Virus record (IMG/VR): IMGVR_UViG_3300006226_001702 | Coordinates: 11,064-75,063 of that record | Origin: a virus | Taxonomy: Duplodnaviria > Heunggongvirae > Uroviricota > Caudoviricetes | Reading direction: 5' to 3' (one strand) | DNA length: 64,000 bases | In this document: positions 55,722 to 64,000 of the stretch, piece after piece | Layout: the number at the start of each line of letters is the position of its first letter | How positions within the stretch are numbered: position 1 is the stretch's first letter | Translations under genes and position numbers: made by a program | Notes under the pieces: generated by a model | What the model was told of the DNA's origin: nothing | The model's input: only the letters and a program-made list of their open reading frames with translations | Database searches by the model: none

Positions 55722-55794
55722 TCGGGAATCCCGGACTCGAACCGGGGACATCTTGGTCCCAAACCAAGCGGTATAGCCACTAACCTAATTCCCG
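55722..55794 (-). tRNA. tRNA-Pro (anticodon UGG)
   Basis: Acceptor CGGGAAT/ATTCCCG, anticodon stem CTTGG/CCAAG with loop TTTGGGA, T-arm CCCGG-TTCGAGT-CCGGG; 73 nt. Confidence 0.8.
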
Positions 55795-55795
55795 A

Positions 55796-55831
55796 TAAAA
55801 ATGGGCTAATCTTTAACCAGGTTAGCCCGAA
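55796..55831 (-). terminator. rho-independent terminator
   Basis: Minus-strand GGGCTAACCTGGTTAAAGATTAGCCC hairpin followed by ATTTTTAT. Confidence 0.5.
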
Positions 55832-56032
55832 TCCTTTTACTTTCATAAATGCTCTACATTTGTTATCGAAGTTTTCTCTCCGCGATTCGGCAATTCATTT
55901 CTGGTGGCAGCGCGATTCCCACTTAGCCATCTTATAATCCAGCCCGTTACCGTAGCTTTCACCCATGATCTTATTCCTCATAAACCCGGGAAGGATCGGC
56001 ATTGGTAACACAGAATAGGAAGTGGCTTCCTT

Positions 56033-56215
56033 TTATTTAGTTATATTAACATCCTCTTTTGCATCTTCCTCCATCACTCGGAAAAATTCCCGAAGTGACA
56101 TATTTCCAGCCATACGCTCTGGATAGAATGGCCTCTCAACTCTGAGCTCATTTTCTTTCCAGTTGGCCTTAAAGCCTTCATGTGCTAATCCAATGATAGC
56201 AGATATCGCCATCAT
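56033..56215 (-). CDS. hypothetical protein
   Basis: 60-aa ORF, coupled. Confidence 0.3.
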   Translation of the reverse strand: MMAISAIIGLAHEGFKANWKENELRVERPFYPERMAGNMSLREFFRVMEEDAKEDVNITK

Positions 56216-56619
56216 AGAAAAGCCTTAATCGTCATTGGAGAAGTGCGGTACTTCGCACCTGTTGTAGTCTCAACGATGAAAGGCACTTTGCTCGCTCGAC
56301 TATTGAAGTCGATAATCTTTGCCTCGCCAATTCCGAGGACATCAACCAGCGAACCAATGACTGGGCCAGTATGAAAAGTCGCACCATGGTTGACTCTAAT
56401 TGATCGAGCCGCCTTCGCTTCTTTTACTGGACACACCGTCATTTCGCCGGCGTAATCTAATCTTTTAACTGTCATCTTTGTGGAGAATTCGTTCTCAGTG
56501 AACCGGATATTACCAAGCTCAATTTTAATGCCGGCATGCTTTTCAAGTGTTTTAACTGCCTGCATAATTTCTTTTCTTAGATATGAAACTTCGTAATTAT
56601 TAAACTTTGATACTCCCAT
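56212..56619 (-). CDS. hypothetical protein
   Basis: 135-aa ORF downstream of promoter copy 5. Confidence 0.45.
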   Translation of the reverse strand: MGVSKFNNYEVSYLRKEIMQAVKTLEKHAGIKIELGNIRFTENEFSTKMTVKRLDYAGEMTVCPVKEAKAARSIRVNHGATFHTGPVIGSLVDVLGIGEAKIIDFNSRASKVPFIVETTTGAKYRTSPMTIKAFL

Positions 56620-56642
56620 TTAACTCTCCTTCCGTTATAATA

Positions 56643-56672
56643 TAATATAAGAAGAGCTCAAATATCGTTCAA
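56643..56672 (-). promoter_or_regulatory. sigma70-like promoter TTGAAC-N17-TATATT (copy 5)
   Basis: Minus-strand TTGAACgatatttgagctcttctTATATTAT. Confidence 0.5.
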
Positions 56673-56676
56673 ATAT

Positions 56677-56895
56677 CTAATCGAAAAGCTCAGAATCTGT
56701 GGGTGCATACGTTGCTTTTTTGTTGCCTCTAACTTTAACCATGAATCCATGATCGCTTATTATCTCAATAAGTTCATCAAAAGTCTTAGTTTTAGCAAGC
56801 TCAACCATTTCCGTTTGACTGATCTTTTTCTTGAGCCAAAGCCACCTAGCAAGAAAGAATGTGTCTGAACGGTTGCTAATGTACAACGTTTCCAT
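56677..56895 (-). CDS. hypothetical protein
   Basis: 72-aa ORF. Confidence 0.35.
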   Translation of the reverse strand: METLYISNRSDTFFLARWLWLKKKISQTEMVELAKTKTFDELIEIISDHGFMVKVRGNKKATYAPTDSELFD

Positions 56896-56909
56896 ACAAT
56901 TATATTAAC

Positions 56910-56942
56910 CAAAAAAAAGAGGTAGCCTTTCGACTACCTCTG
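56910..56942 (-). terminator. rho-independent terminator
   Basis: Minus-strand AGAGGTAGTCGAAAGGCTACCTCT hairpin followed by TTTTTTTTGG. Confidence 0.65.
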
Positions 56943-56966
56943 TAAACTTTTTAGAAGGTTATTAAA

Positions 56967-59054
56967 TTAGGCTTGCCATCTTCCTTGATTAAGAACGAAG
57001 TTCTCATGAATTCTCAAATATCCTTCGTTATCAAATTCAGTTGTAACACCATCAGGAACATTAACTCTGTCAGCCATATATTGCCAATCCATATAAAATG
57101 GTCTACCTGTTGTTGGGTCTATTGCATCACTAGAGTTGTACCAAATACGACCTTGTCTATGTTCATCACCTGGTTCTTCCCAATAATTAGCTACTCTTAC
57201 TTCTAATTTATTAGCAAAAGTAACTATATCTTCCATTTCAACAGTTGCTGTTGTGCCACCTGCGCCAGTTGAATAACTTAATTTTCCACCTGGTCTTTGA
57301 TCTCCAAAAATAACGCCATAACGTCTTTTAATGTATGCATCTAGAGTTGTTGATTTAAAACCATTTTGTGTTCCTACTAAATCACTCCTATCTTTTCCAA
57401 AATCCCATGTCCAATATTTCCAAACATGATCTTTGTAACTTTTTGTTGATGATTCTCTATCTAAACCAATTTTATATAATCCCTTAAGAGATGGAACATT
57501 GAATTGAGTACCATTTCGTGGTCTCCATACAATCTCTTCTTGATTATCAAAATGTTCAATTATTGCTTCTACTATAACTTTATCTAATGAACCTGAAGGA
57601 GCATTCATTGCATCTTGATATGCTTTATAATTCTCAAAGTTTTTTCTAATACTATCACCTTTGATTACACCACTAACCCAGTTTTGGTCATTAATATCTG
57701 TAACTTTTGGTGTTGTTAAGGTACTTTCATAATTAAATCCAGCAGGCATCCAAGCTTCACGATTATAAACCCAAGAAGGATTTGTTGTTGGATTAGTGGG
57801 GAAACCATCTTGCCCAGTTGGACCACCAATATTTTCATAGAAGAATGGATTGTAGTAAAAACTTCCTGGTAGTGCTTCAATTTCAGCAAATGTATTTCTC
57901 TTAAATGCTACAAATGTTGCTTCAGAAGCTAAACCAAATAATTTTAATATTTGACTATCATGTTTTGATAATCTATTGTCAACAGTTATTTCAAGATCTT
58001 CGCCTCTAACATGGTCTTCTAAATCTTTAAATTGTCCATAAGTAACAGCTGTATCATTGGGTCTTTCAGTTGTTCCGCCAGGAGCACCCAACCAAATTTG
58101 GCCACCAGCTACTTCAAATACTGCTCCATCATTAGTAGGACCAGTACCACCTTTTGAAAAAATTATATTTTCAGAAGACATACTTATGCTTCTAGCATTA
58201 GCATTACTGATTCTTTTTGTTGTAAGTCTTTGACCACCATTACTTAAAATAATTTCATTAAGTAAATCGTCAAATTCTGTGCTCATTTCAACACCAGTAC
58301 TATTTTGTTTATGGAAATGTTTTGTATTTCCATGTTCTACTTCTTGTCTAACGAATGTATTTCCAAAATATTCTGCTGTCCATGTTTTTGTTAATTGATT
58401 ACAAATTTCTTCAAATCTATCATCAACATATTCTTGTCTAGCATAATTATAATCAATCCAACCACTAATAGTTTTGTCATTTGAATAATCTACATTTGGT
58501 CCAAAATTACCGCTAGTTGTTGTGTAATCATCAATTTCTTTCTTTTCCCATGTTTTTGGGATTTGATCTCCAATAGGAGCCCAGCCAGGAAGTTTTCCGT
58601 ATCTTTCCCAGTCTACAAAAGATCTTCTTAAAACTTCAAATAAGTTTCTATAATCACTTTGTGGGGCATCAGGCTCCGCGCCAAAATTAATAGTGCCGTC
58701 TGGATTAAATGTAACAGTACCTTGGGTTCTATTTAAGTAATCAGTAACAATTTGAGTAACGCGTCGTTTACCTTTATGTATGCCTTCAGCATCTGTTCTT
58801 TGATATAAATTATCATCACCGAGCCAATCAAAAATTGCATCATTAGTAAAGCCATGTCCTGCAAAACGAACAACATTACTATCAATAAAACTGTTTATAT
58901 AACCAGTTGCATCCTTATCACCAATAAAAAGATCTTTTCTACGTAAGTCAAATCCTAATTGTCCATCATAGATACTGTTATCAGTTAAGTAATTGCCAGC
59001 AACTTGTGATAAATAACCAGGAGCACCTTCGCCTCGTTTTATTTGTACAATCAT
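56967..59054 (-). CDS. putative tail fibre / structural protein
   Basis: 695 aa, Gly/Asn/Thr-rich, in a block of large virion-like ORFs. Confidence 0.4.
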   Translation of the reverse strand: MIVQIKRGEGAPGYLSQVAGNYLTDNSIYDGQLGFDLRRKDLFIGDKDATGYINSFIDSNVVRFAGHGFTNDAIFDWLGDDNLYQRTDAEGIHKGKRRVTQIVTDYLNRTQGTVTFNPDGTINFGAEPDAPQSDYRNLFEVLRRSFVDWERYGKLPGWAPIGDQIPKTWEKKEIDDYTTTSGNFGPNVDYSNDKTISGWIDYNYARQEYVDDRFEEICNQLTKTWTAEYFGNTFVRQEVEHGNTKHFHKQNSTGVEMSTEFDDLLNEIILSNGGQRLTTKRISNANARSISMSSENIIFSKGGTGPTNDGAVFEVAGGQIWLGAPGGTTERPNDTAVTYGQFKDLEDHVRGEDLEITVDNRLSKHDSQILKLFGLASEATFVAFKRNTFAEIEALPGSFYYNPFFYENIGGPTGQDGFPTNPTTNPSWVYNREAWMPAGFNYESTLTTPKVTDINDQNWVSGVIKGDSIRKNFENYKAYQDAMNAPSGSLDKVIVEAIIEHFDNQEEIVWRPRNGTQFNVPSLKGLYKIGLDRESSTKSYKDHVWKYWTWDFGKDRSDLVGTQNGFKSTTLDAYIKRRYGVIFGDQRPGGKLSYSTGAGGTTATVEMEDIVTFANKLEVRVANYWEEPGDEHRQGRIWYNSSDAIDPTTGRPFYMDWQYMADRVNVPDGVTTEFDNEGYLRIHENFVLNQGRWQA

Positions 59055-59080
59055 TTTATATTTTTCTCCTTCAAAAAAGT

Positions 59081-59740
59081 TTAACCATTAGTTGGTGGAA
59101 CCATAAATGGAAATAAGCCATTAATTGAAGATATTTCTCCAACAAACTCAATTACATTTGGTCTCATATATCTCACCTTAGCGTTTGGATTATTAAAAAT
59201 CTCAACGTTATTTATTCGGCAATATCCACCTCTGCATTTATCTGCAACGAAATATAAAGTTATCTTATCTGTAGCAGCTTGTGGGCCGTTAATGCAGATA
59301 TGAAGGTCCTTATTTAATAAATTAGTAATGGCTCCGTAGATATTTATATCTCGTTGCTCATTTTCTATATCAATTGATGTGAACACTGTTCCAATCATCA
59401 TTTCAGTAGTGAACTCAGCATCAAGAGGATTTGAATTTGAACGTACTTTATGATAATAAGTTACATCAAATTTTAACGTTATATTCTTCGTAAAGTCAAC
59501 ATTATTGATGGTTGCTAACTCATAAAATCTTGGTTCATCATTCTCTTCTGGAAGATTTATAGTTACTTCACCAAAATCTAACCAATGTTCAGGTCTACCT
59601 TTTGTTAAGTTTATAATTCTATCATCGCCATCTTTTATATACAACTCATTAGTTGTAGTACAAAATCCTAATTGAAATCTTTCGAGATCATCAGGTTGAG
59701 GCACCGTTGGTCCATATCTAGTTGTTGCTACCATTGCCAT
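59081..59740 (-). CDS. putative structural protein
   Basis: 219-aa ORF in the tail block. Confidence 0.35.
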   Translation of the reverse strand: MAMVATTRYGPTVPQPDDLERFQLGFCTTTNELYIKDGDDRIINLTKGRPEHWLDFGEVTINLPEENDEPRFYELATINNVDFTKNITLKFDVTYYHKVRSNSNPLDAEFTTEMMIGTVFTSIDIENEQRDINIYGAITNLLNKDLHICINGPQAATDKITLYFVADKCRGGYCRINNVEIFNNPNAKVRYMRPNVIEFVGEISSINGLFPFMVPPTNG

Positions 59741-59743
59741 ATT

Positions 59744-60427
59744 TTACCATCTTCCTAAATCTATTTTGTCACCAAAGAGAATCATTCTTTGGGATGCTTC
59801 TAATTCATTAAGGTACACATTATCGGGTGTGAAAATGAGTCTTCCATTATCACCACTAATAAAAATTGTATCTCCACTTATATAATTTACTTCACCAGTT
59901 AATTCTAAAATAATTCCAGAAATTGCTTTTAATGTGCCAGAGACTGCTTCAAGCTTTCCGCTAACCTCATCAATTCGTTTCTGGATTTTAGTATCATCAA
60001 AAAGCTCACCACATTCCAATGTAGCGATAGTTCTGTTTTTATCTCTTGAAATAGTTATGCTAAGAATTAAGTTTGTTCCAGCCTCACAAAAGAGTTCTGG
60101 CTTTTTCCTGTTGTATAAGAATGTTTCAACAGGAAGACGAATCTTTGTGTTAACTAAAGCTTTGAAGATAATCTTATATTCTCTATTCTGAGCTTCATCA
60201 TAGAGAATTTGATATTCAGGTCTATCTGCTTCTATTAGAGTGACTTCTTTTCTGAGTTGTGCTAATCTAATAATTGGTCTTTGTTTATGTATGACATCAT
60301 TTTCAAAGAGAACCTTGTTATTCAAAATATAGACAGGTCTTTTTTCACTCTCTTTATGTTTTGGTGTTCTCTCAAAATCGTCTTGAACATATATTGTATT
60401 ATCAACAAGATAATATTCAGGTTGCAT
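59744..60427 (-). CDS. putative structural protein
   Basis: 227-aa ORF in the tail block. Confidence 0.35.
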   Translation of the reverse strand: MQPEYYLVDNTIYVQDDFERTPKHKESEKRPVYILNNKVLFENDVIHKQRPIIRLAQLRKEVTLIEADRPEYQILYDEAQNREYKIIFKALVNTKIRLPVETFLYNRKKPELFCEAGTNLILSITISRDKNRTIATLECGELFDDTKIQKRIDEVSGKLEAVSGTLKAISGIILELTGEVNYISGDTIFISGDNGRLIFTPDNVYLNELEASQRMILFGDKIDLGRW

Positions 60428-60449
60428 CTATATTTATCTCCTTATTAAA

Positions 60450-62867
60450 TTAGTTTAAATATTGGTCATTTATGGTAGCACTTAAATCTTCTGTATAAAT
60501 CAAATTAATGACTTTTCTAAAATCTGTTTTACCAATTTTATCACCACGATTCTCATCAATTGCCACAATAGTTATTATGTCGCCTTCTTCAGCAGAATCA
60601 GCAACTATTAAATTATAAATGTTACCACCTAAAATATCTAAAGTTGCGCCTTTCTTAGTGAGTAATTTCCATTTAATAACATCTGTGATAGAACTAACGT
60701 TGGAATTATCCATAAAACAAACTCTTTCAAAAACTTCATTTAAATTTATAGTTCCTGATGTTACATAATTATAACAAATAAGTGGATGTGTTGAACTTTC
60801 CCCGCCTGCTTCTAATTTATTTCTAATGTCTATTGTGTAATTTCTGAAATAATTTAATGTAACTCTTTTTAGCCATTTATTATTTTTTGATCTTAATCTA
60901 TATGAACCTTTGCCATATCCAAGAAGATCAGCAGCACGAAGACCAGCAATATCAGTTGGAATATTGATTATATTTCCATGACTTGAATCCCATTCAGCTA
61001 ATTCATGAACTATATTATTTTCGGTATAAGGTGATGGTAAGAAAACAGTTGACCATAAATCAAAATTAGTTATTCCATCCACATTAACGTCAAATATAAC
61101 TTGTTGTGGAAGTATATATTCCTGTTCATCAGTCCAATGAATTCCTTCTGATTTCTTAAAATTAGTTCTATAAAATCTATCATCATCTAAGCCAGCAGGA
61201 TCTTTGAACTCAACTTCATCAAATAAAGTTAGTGAATCTGTAACTGTTAAATTCTTAATAGTTGCTGTTTTTTCAGCAATAAGATTCTCAGTAAATCTAC
61301 CATTTTCAGCTGCTAATTCATTTTCATCAATTACTAAATCTGGACTATCTGATATTTTAATTCGTTTAACTTCTAATAAATCATTTACTTTCACATTACT
61401 AGCAGTTACATCTTTAATAGTAATGTCACATTTTTCAGCATCAATTTCTCCGCCTTCAGTCATTGTAAACTTGCCACTAATATCAATATGTTCAGTTGTT
61501 AATTTTTCTTCTATTTCAATTTCTTTAGCTACAATTTTATTTGAAGTGACATCAGCTACAGTTAAATCTCCACCAATTGAAACGTTTGCATTTACATCAA
61601 TTTCATCAGCATTAAGTTTGCTTAAAGTTAAGTCACTTAATTCATCATCAGTATCTCGTAAAGCTAATCCAGCAGTTATAATTCTATCAGTTTTAACTTC
61701 ATCCGTTTGTAATGTGCCATTTACTTCAACAGTTCCAATGAACTCAGCATCTTCACCACGAAGTTTTGCTCCAGAAGATAATTCTAATAAACCAGTGTTG
61801 CCATCAATAACTAAACTGTTGTTGACTGTAATGTCATCTGAAGTGAACTCTTTAATTTCCCCTTCATCAAAATCAGCTCTTTCCCCAACAATGCTTCCTC
61901 TAATAGTTGCATTATCCATTATTAAGTCTTCAGTTAAAGTGAGTTCTTGTTGCAAAGTAACTTTCTCTTGAACTGTTAAATCTTTGGTTGTTATGAGATT
62001 ATCAACTGTTAAATTTTCTATTTCAGTTGCAGCTTCATCACCATCTTTTTCATCGTTAACCCAAAGTCTTCCAGTTACATGAATATTTTCAAATTGAGCA
62101 TAATTACCAACTACATCTGCCCCAATAGTTATTCGTCCATCTTTATTTTCATCAGCATTTGGCTCATATCTAAGTTCATCATTTATGTTTACATTACCGT
62201 TTAGTGTAGTATCACCATCAACTGTTAAATCACCAGTTAAATCACTATCCCCAATTACTTTAAATGTACCAGTTACTTGAGTGTTAGCAAGACTCGTTTG
62301 CCCTCCCACTGTAAGATTTTGGCTTATATTTACTGATGTGAAACCTGATGTAGTAAATGTTGTGGCTCCTTTGAACTCAGTAATACCGTGTACAATTAAG
62401 TCATCATATAATTCTGTTTTACCAAGAACTTCTAAATATGATAGATGTGTTACATCAATCTCATCTTTTAATTCATGAATTGCTACATTATCAGTTTCTT
62501 TGTCATTTAATCTCCAGCGTTGTATAGCTGTTAAGTATTTAACAACTTGTTCTTCTCCGCTTAAGTCTTCATAAGTTCTACTACCGTCAAAAACTGGTCG
62601 TAATTCATCATCCCAACCAACTTTTACCACATTACCCATCCAAACTTCTTTGTTGCTTTCTGGGTCTAACACACCATAACCAAGTTCATTTGTGTTTCTA
62701 TTATAAATCAATCTATAATGTGGTAAGCCGACTTTTATATCGAGCTGATCTTTGTCAGTAAAAACAAGTCTAAATCTATCAGAATTAGGTTCCTGTTCAA
62801 TTGTGAATGTGAGATCATCAATAGTAAAAATATGTTTTCTATCAGCTTCTGTTATTCTATAACTCAT
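60450..62867 (-). CDS. putative tail fibre protein with beta-helix-like repeats
   Basis: 805 aa with repeated T/D/N/G-rich segments (TVDGDTTLNGNVNINDEL; GTFKVIGDSDLTGDLTVDGD). Confidence 0.45.
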   Translation of the reverse strand: MSYRITEADRKHIFTIDDLTFTIEQEPNSDRFRLVFTDKDQLDIKVGLPHYRLIYNRNTNELGYGVLDPESNKEVWMGNVVKVGWDDELRPVFDGSRTYEDLSGEEQVVKYLTAIQRWRLNDKETDNVAIHELKDEIDVTHLSYLEVLGKTELYDDLIVHGITEFKGATTFTTSGFTSVNISQNLTVGGQTSLANTQVTGTFKVIGDSDLTGDLTVDGDTTLNGNVNINDELRYEPNADENKDGRITIGADVVGNYAQFENIHVTGRLWVNDEKDGDEAATEIENLTVDNLITTKDLTVQEKVTLQQELTLTEDLIMDNATIRGSIVGERADFDEGEIKEFTSDDITVNNSLVIDGNTGLLELSSGAKLRGEDAEFIGTVEVNGTLQTDEVKTDRIITAGLALRDTDDELSDLTLSKLNADEIDVNANVSIGGDLTVADVTSNKIVAKEIEIEEKLTTEHIDISGKFTMTEGGEIDAEKCDITIKDVTASNVKVNDLLEVKRIKISDSPDLVIDENELAAENGRFTENLIAEKTATIKNLTVTDSLTLFDEVEFKDPAGLDDDRFYRTNFKKSEGIHWTDEQEYILPQQVIFDVNVDGITNFDLWSTVFLPSPYTENNIVHELAEWDSSHGNIINIPTDIAGLRAADLLGYGKGSYRLRSKNNKWLKRVTLNYFRNYTIDIRNKLEAGGESSTHPLICYNYVTSGTINLNEVFERVCFMDNSNVSSITDVIKWKLLTKKGATLDILGGNIYNLIVADSAEEGDIITIVAIDENRGDKIGKTDFRKVINLIYTEDLSATINDQYLN

Positions 62868-62882
62868 TTAAGTTGTTCTCCT

Positions 62883-64000
62883 TTATATTTTCTGTGCCTT
62901 AATATCGAGACTTAAATTACGATATGGCATCTTAAACACGAATCTAAATACACTTTCAGATGAGATATTACCAGGTGTTGACACAAGTTCCTCATAATGT
63001 GGAAGTGCTCTAATTATTGCTAATGTATCATCATGAACTCTATAATTCATCGCAAATGTAACTGTTATTACTATGTTTGATTCAGCCATAACAAGTTTAT
63101 TTGCTGGGTTTGCTGAAACATTAAGAATTGTTGTTTCATCTACGTCATCTTTAAATACTTCAAAATCATAGAATTTATTTCCAACAGTTATGTAAGAATG
63201 GTCATGTTTAACTTCTGGTATCAATGTAATTCCACCAACATTAGTACTTGTTCTAAATTCTAATGATTTATTTGCTGTGTTAAATCTTGGTGATTTTGGT
63301 TGGAATTGTAAGTTGAAGTTATCCAATTGGCTAACACCCATTGTTCCTAAGAAATTACTCATAATTACAGGCTCTTCAGTTACATAAACATTAATACTAC
63401 TATCTTCATTAGATAATGCTGGTCCTTTTACAGGTTCAAAGAAACTATTTTCTTCAAAATGTTTCATACCAGGTTTTACAAATCTAGCTCTAGTACATAG
63501 GTCTCCAATTTTTAATCCAAATTGTGAAAGATAACGTTCATCAATTGCACCAGCATCTTGACTTGGGTCTAATCCTAATGGACCATAAGTTTTTCTATCA
63601 ACAGGAACATCATAAGTCCAATTTCCTGTAGTATCATCAATTTCTAAGTAGTTAATTGGTGTATTAGCATCAGACTCAAAGCCGCCCTTTTGCCAAATAA
63701 TTTCTGGTGTATAAGTTTGTCCAATTGTTGTAGTAACAGGAGCAACCATTACAGCTGCTTCAGGATGTACTTCAACCCTAATGTCTTGATAAACAGTTTG
63801 TGATGGGTCAAATGCATTAGTAAATTTAAGTGTAAATGTTCCTCTTCTTTCAACATAGATATCAACTCTTTCCATTGCGTCTCTGTTTTTTTCATCATTC
63901 CAAGTATCATTAGATGGAATAGTTTCTTTAATTGTTGCTACAGCTCCATCACCACCAGCATAAGGAACTTGATTAATGATTTCCCATGTTCCATCTCTAT
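62883..64000 (-). CDS. putative structural protein (5' end runs off window end)
   Basis: Frame of ORF 62883..63875 stays open upstream through position 64000 (…NDEKNRDAMERVDIYV…), so the listed Met is probably internal. Confidence 0.4.
   Translation of the reverse strand, partial: RDGTWEIINQVPYAGGDGAVATIKETIPSNDTWNDEKNRDAMERVDIYVERRGTFTLKFTNAFDPSQTVYQDIRVEVHPEAAVMVAPVTTTIGQTYTPEIIWQKGGFESDANTPINYLEIDDTTGNWTYDVPVDRKTYGPLGLDPSQDAGAIDERYLSQFGLKIGDLCTRARFVKPGMKHFEENSFFEPVKGPALSNEDSSINVYVTEEPVIMSNFLGTMGVSQLDNFNLQFQPKSPRFNTANKSLEFRTSTNVGGITLIPEVKHDHSYITVGNKFYDFEVFKDDVDETTILNVSANPANKLVMAESNIVITVTFAMNYRVHDDTLAIIRALPHYEELVSTPGNISSESVFRFVFKMPYRNLSLDIKAQKI

Noticed and set aside
61204-61971. 255-aa plus-strand ORF inside the tail fibre gene
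   Set aside because: Antisense within a long well-supported minus ORF, with Ser/Val-rich low complexity typical of antisense frames
1-64000. CRISPR arrays, integrase or att sites, rRNA
   Set aside because: No spaced direct repeats, no tyrosine or serine recombinase motifs, and no rRNA-like conserved stretches were seen

Overview
This window is an AT-rich segment (roughly one-third GC by eye) of a large dsDNA bacteriophage or prophage-like genome. Genes are tightly packed in alternating strand blocks, and several have Shine-Dalgarno sites (AAGGAGG, GGAGA), so the host is an SD-using, probably motile, low-GC bacterium. Recognisable genes, with the basis for each call given in the feature list: a split family-A DNA polymerase, an ATP-dependent DNA ligase, flavin-dependent thymidylate synthase ThyX, a Cas4/RecB-like PD-(D/E)xK nuclease, a beta-class DNA amino-methyltransferase, GIY-YIG and HNH homing endonucleases, a GNAT acetyltransferase, Hsp20, an SPFH/band-7 protein, two HD-domain phosphohydrolase paralogs, an RNA-repair cassette (HD + T4-Pnk-like kinase + RNA ligase), a second giant Rnl1-like/HxGH-nucleotidyltransferase fusion protein, a full-length methyl-accepting chemotaxis protein, three tRNAs (Gly-UCC, Gln-UUG, Pro-UGG), a putative portal, a tape-measure-like protein and tail fibre genes. 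The stand-out system is an 8-member paralog family whose proteins all begin MKIR(N/S)GFVSNSSSSSF(L/I) and then diverge. Four members sit in a translationally coupled tandem array directly downstream of a membrane protein and a radical SAM/SPASM-domain enzyme, which is a maturase-plus-substrate-like arrangement. Other de novo signals: a short peptide motif (hFExIY, often followed by KSLKE) recurring in at least 11 proteins; two conserved 13-14 nt elements abutting the start codons of the first gene of most transcription blocks; five copies of a sigma70-like TTGAAC-N17-CTTATATA promoter, all on the minus strand; and a high-GC island encoding an Ala/Lys-rich histone-H1-like protein.
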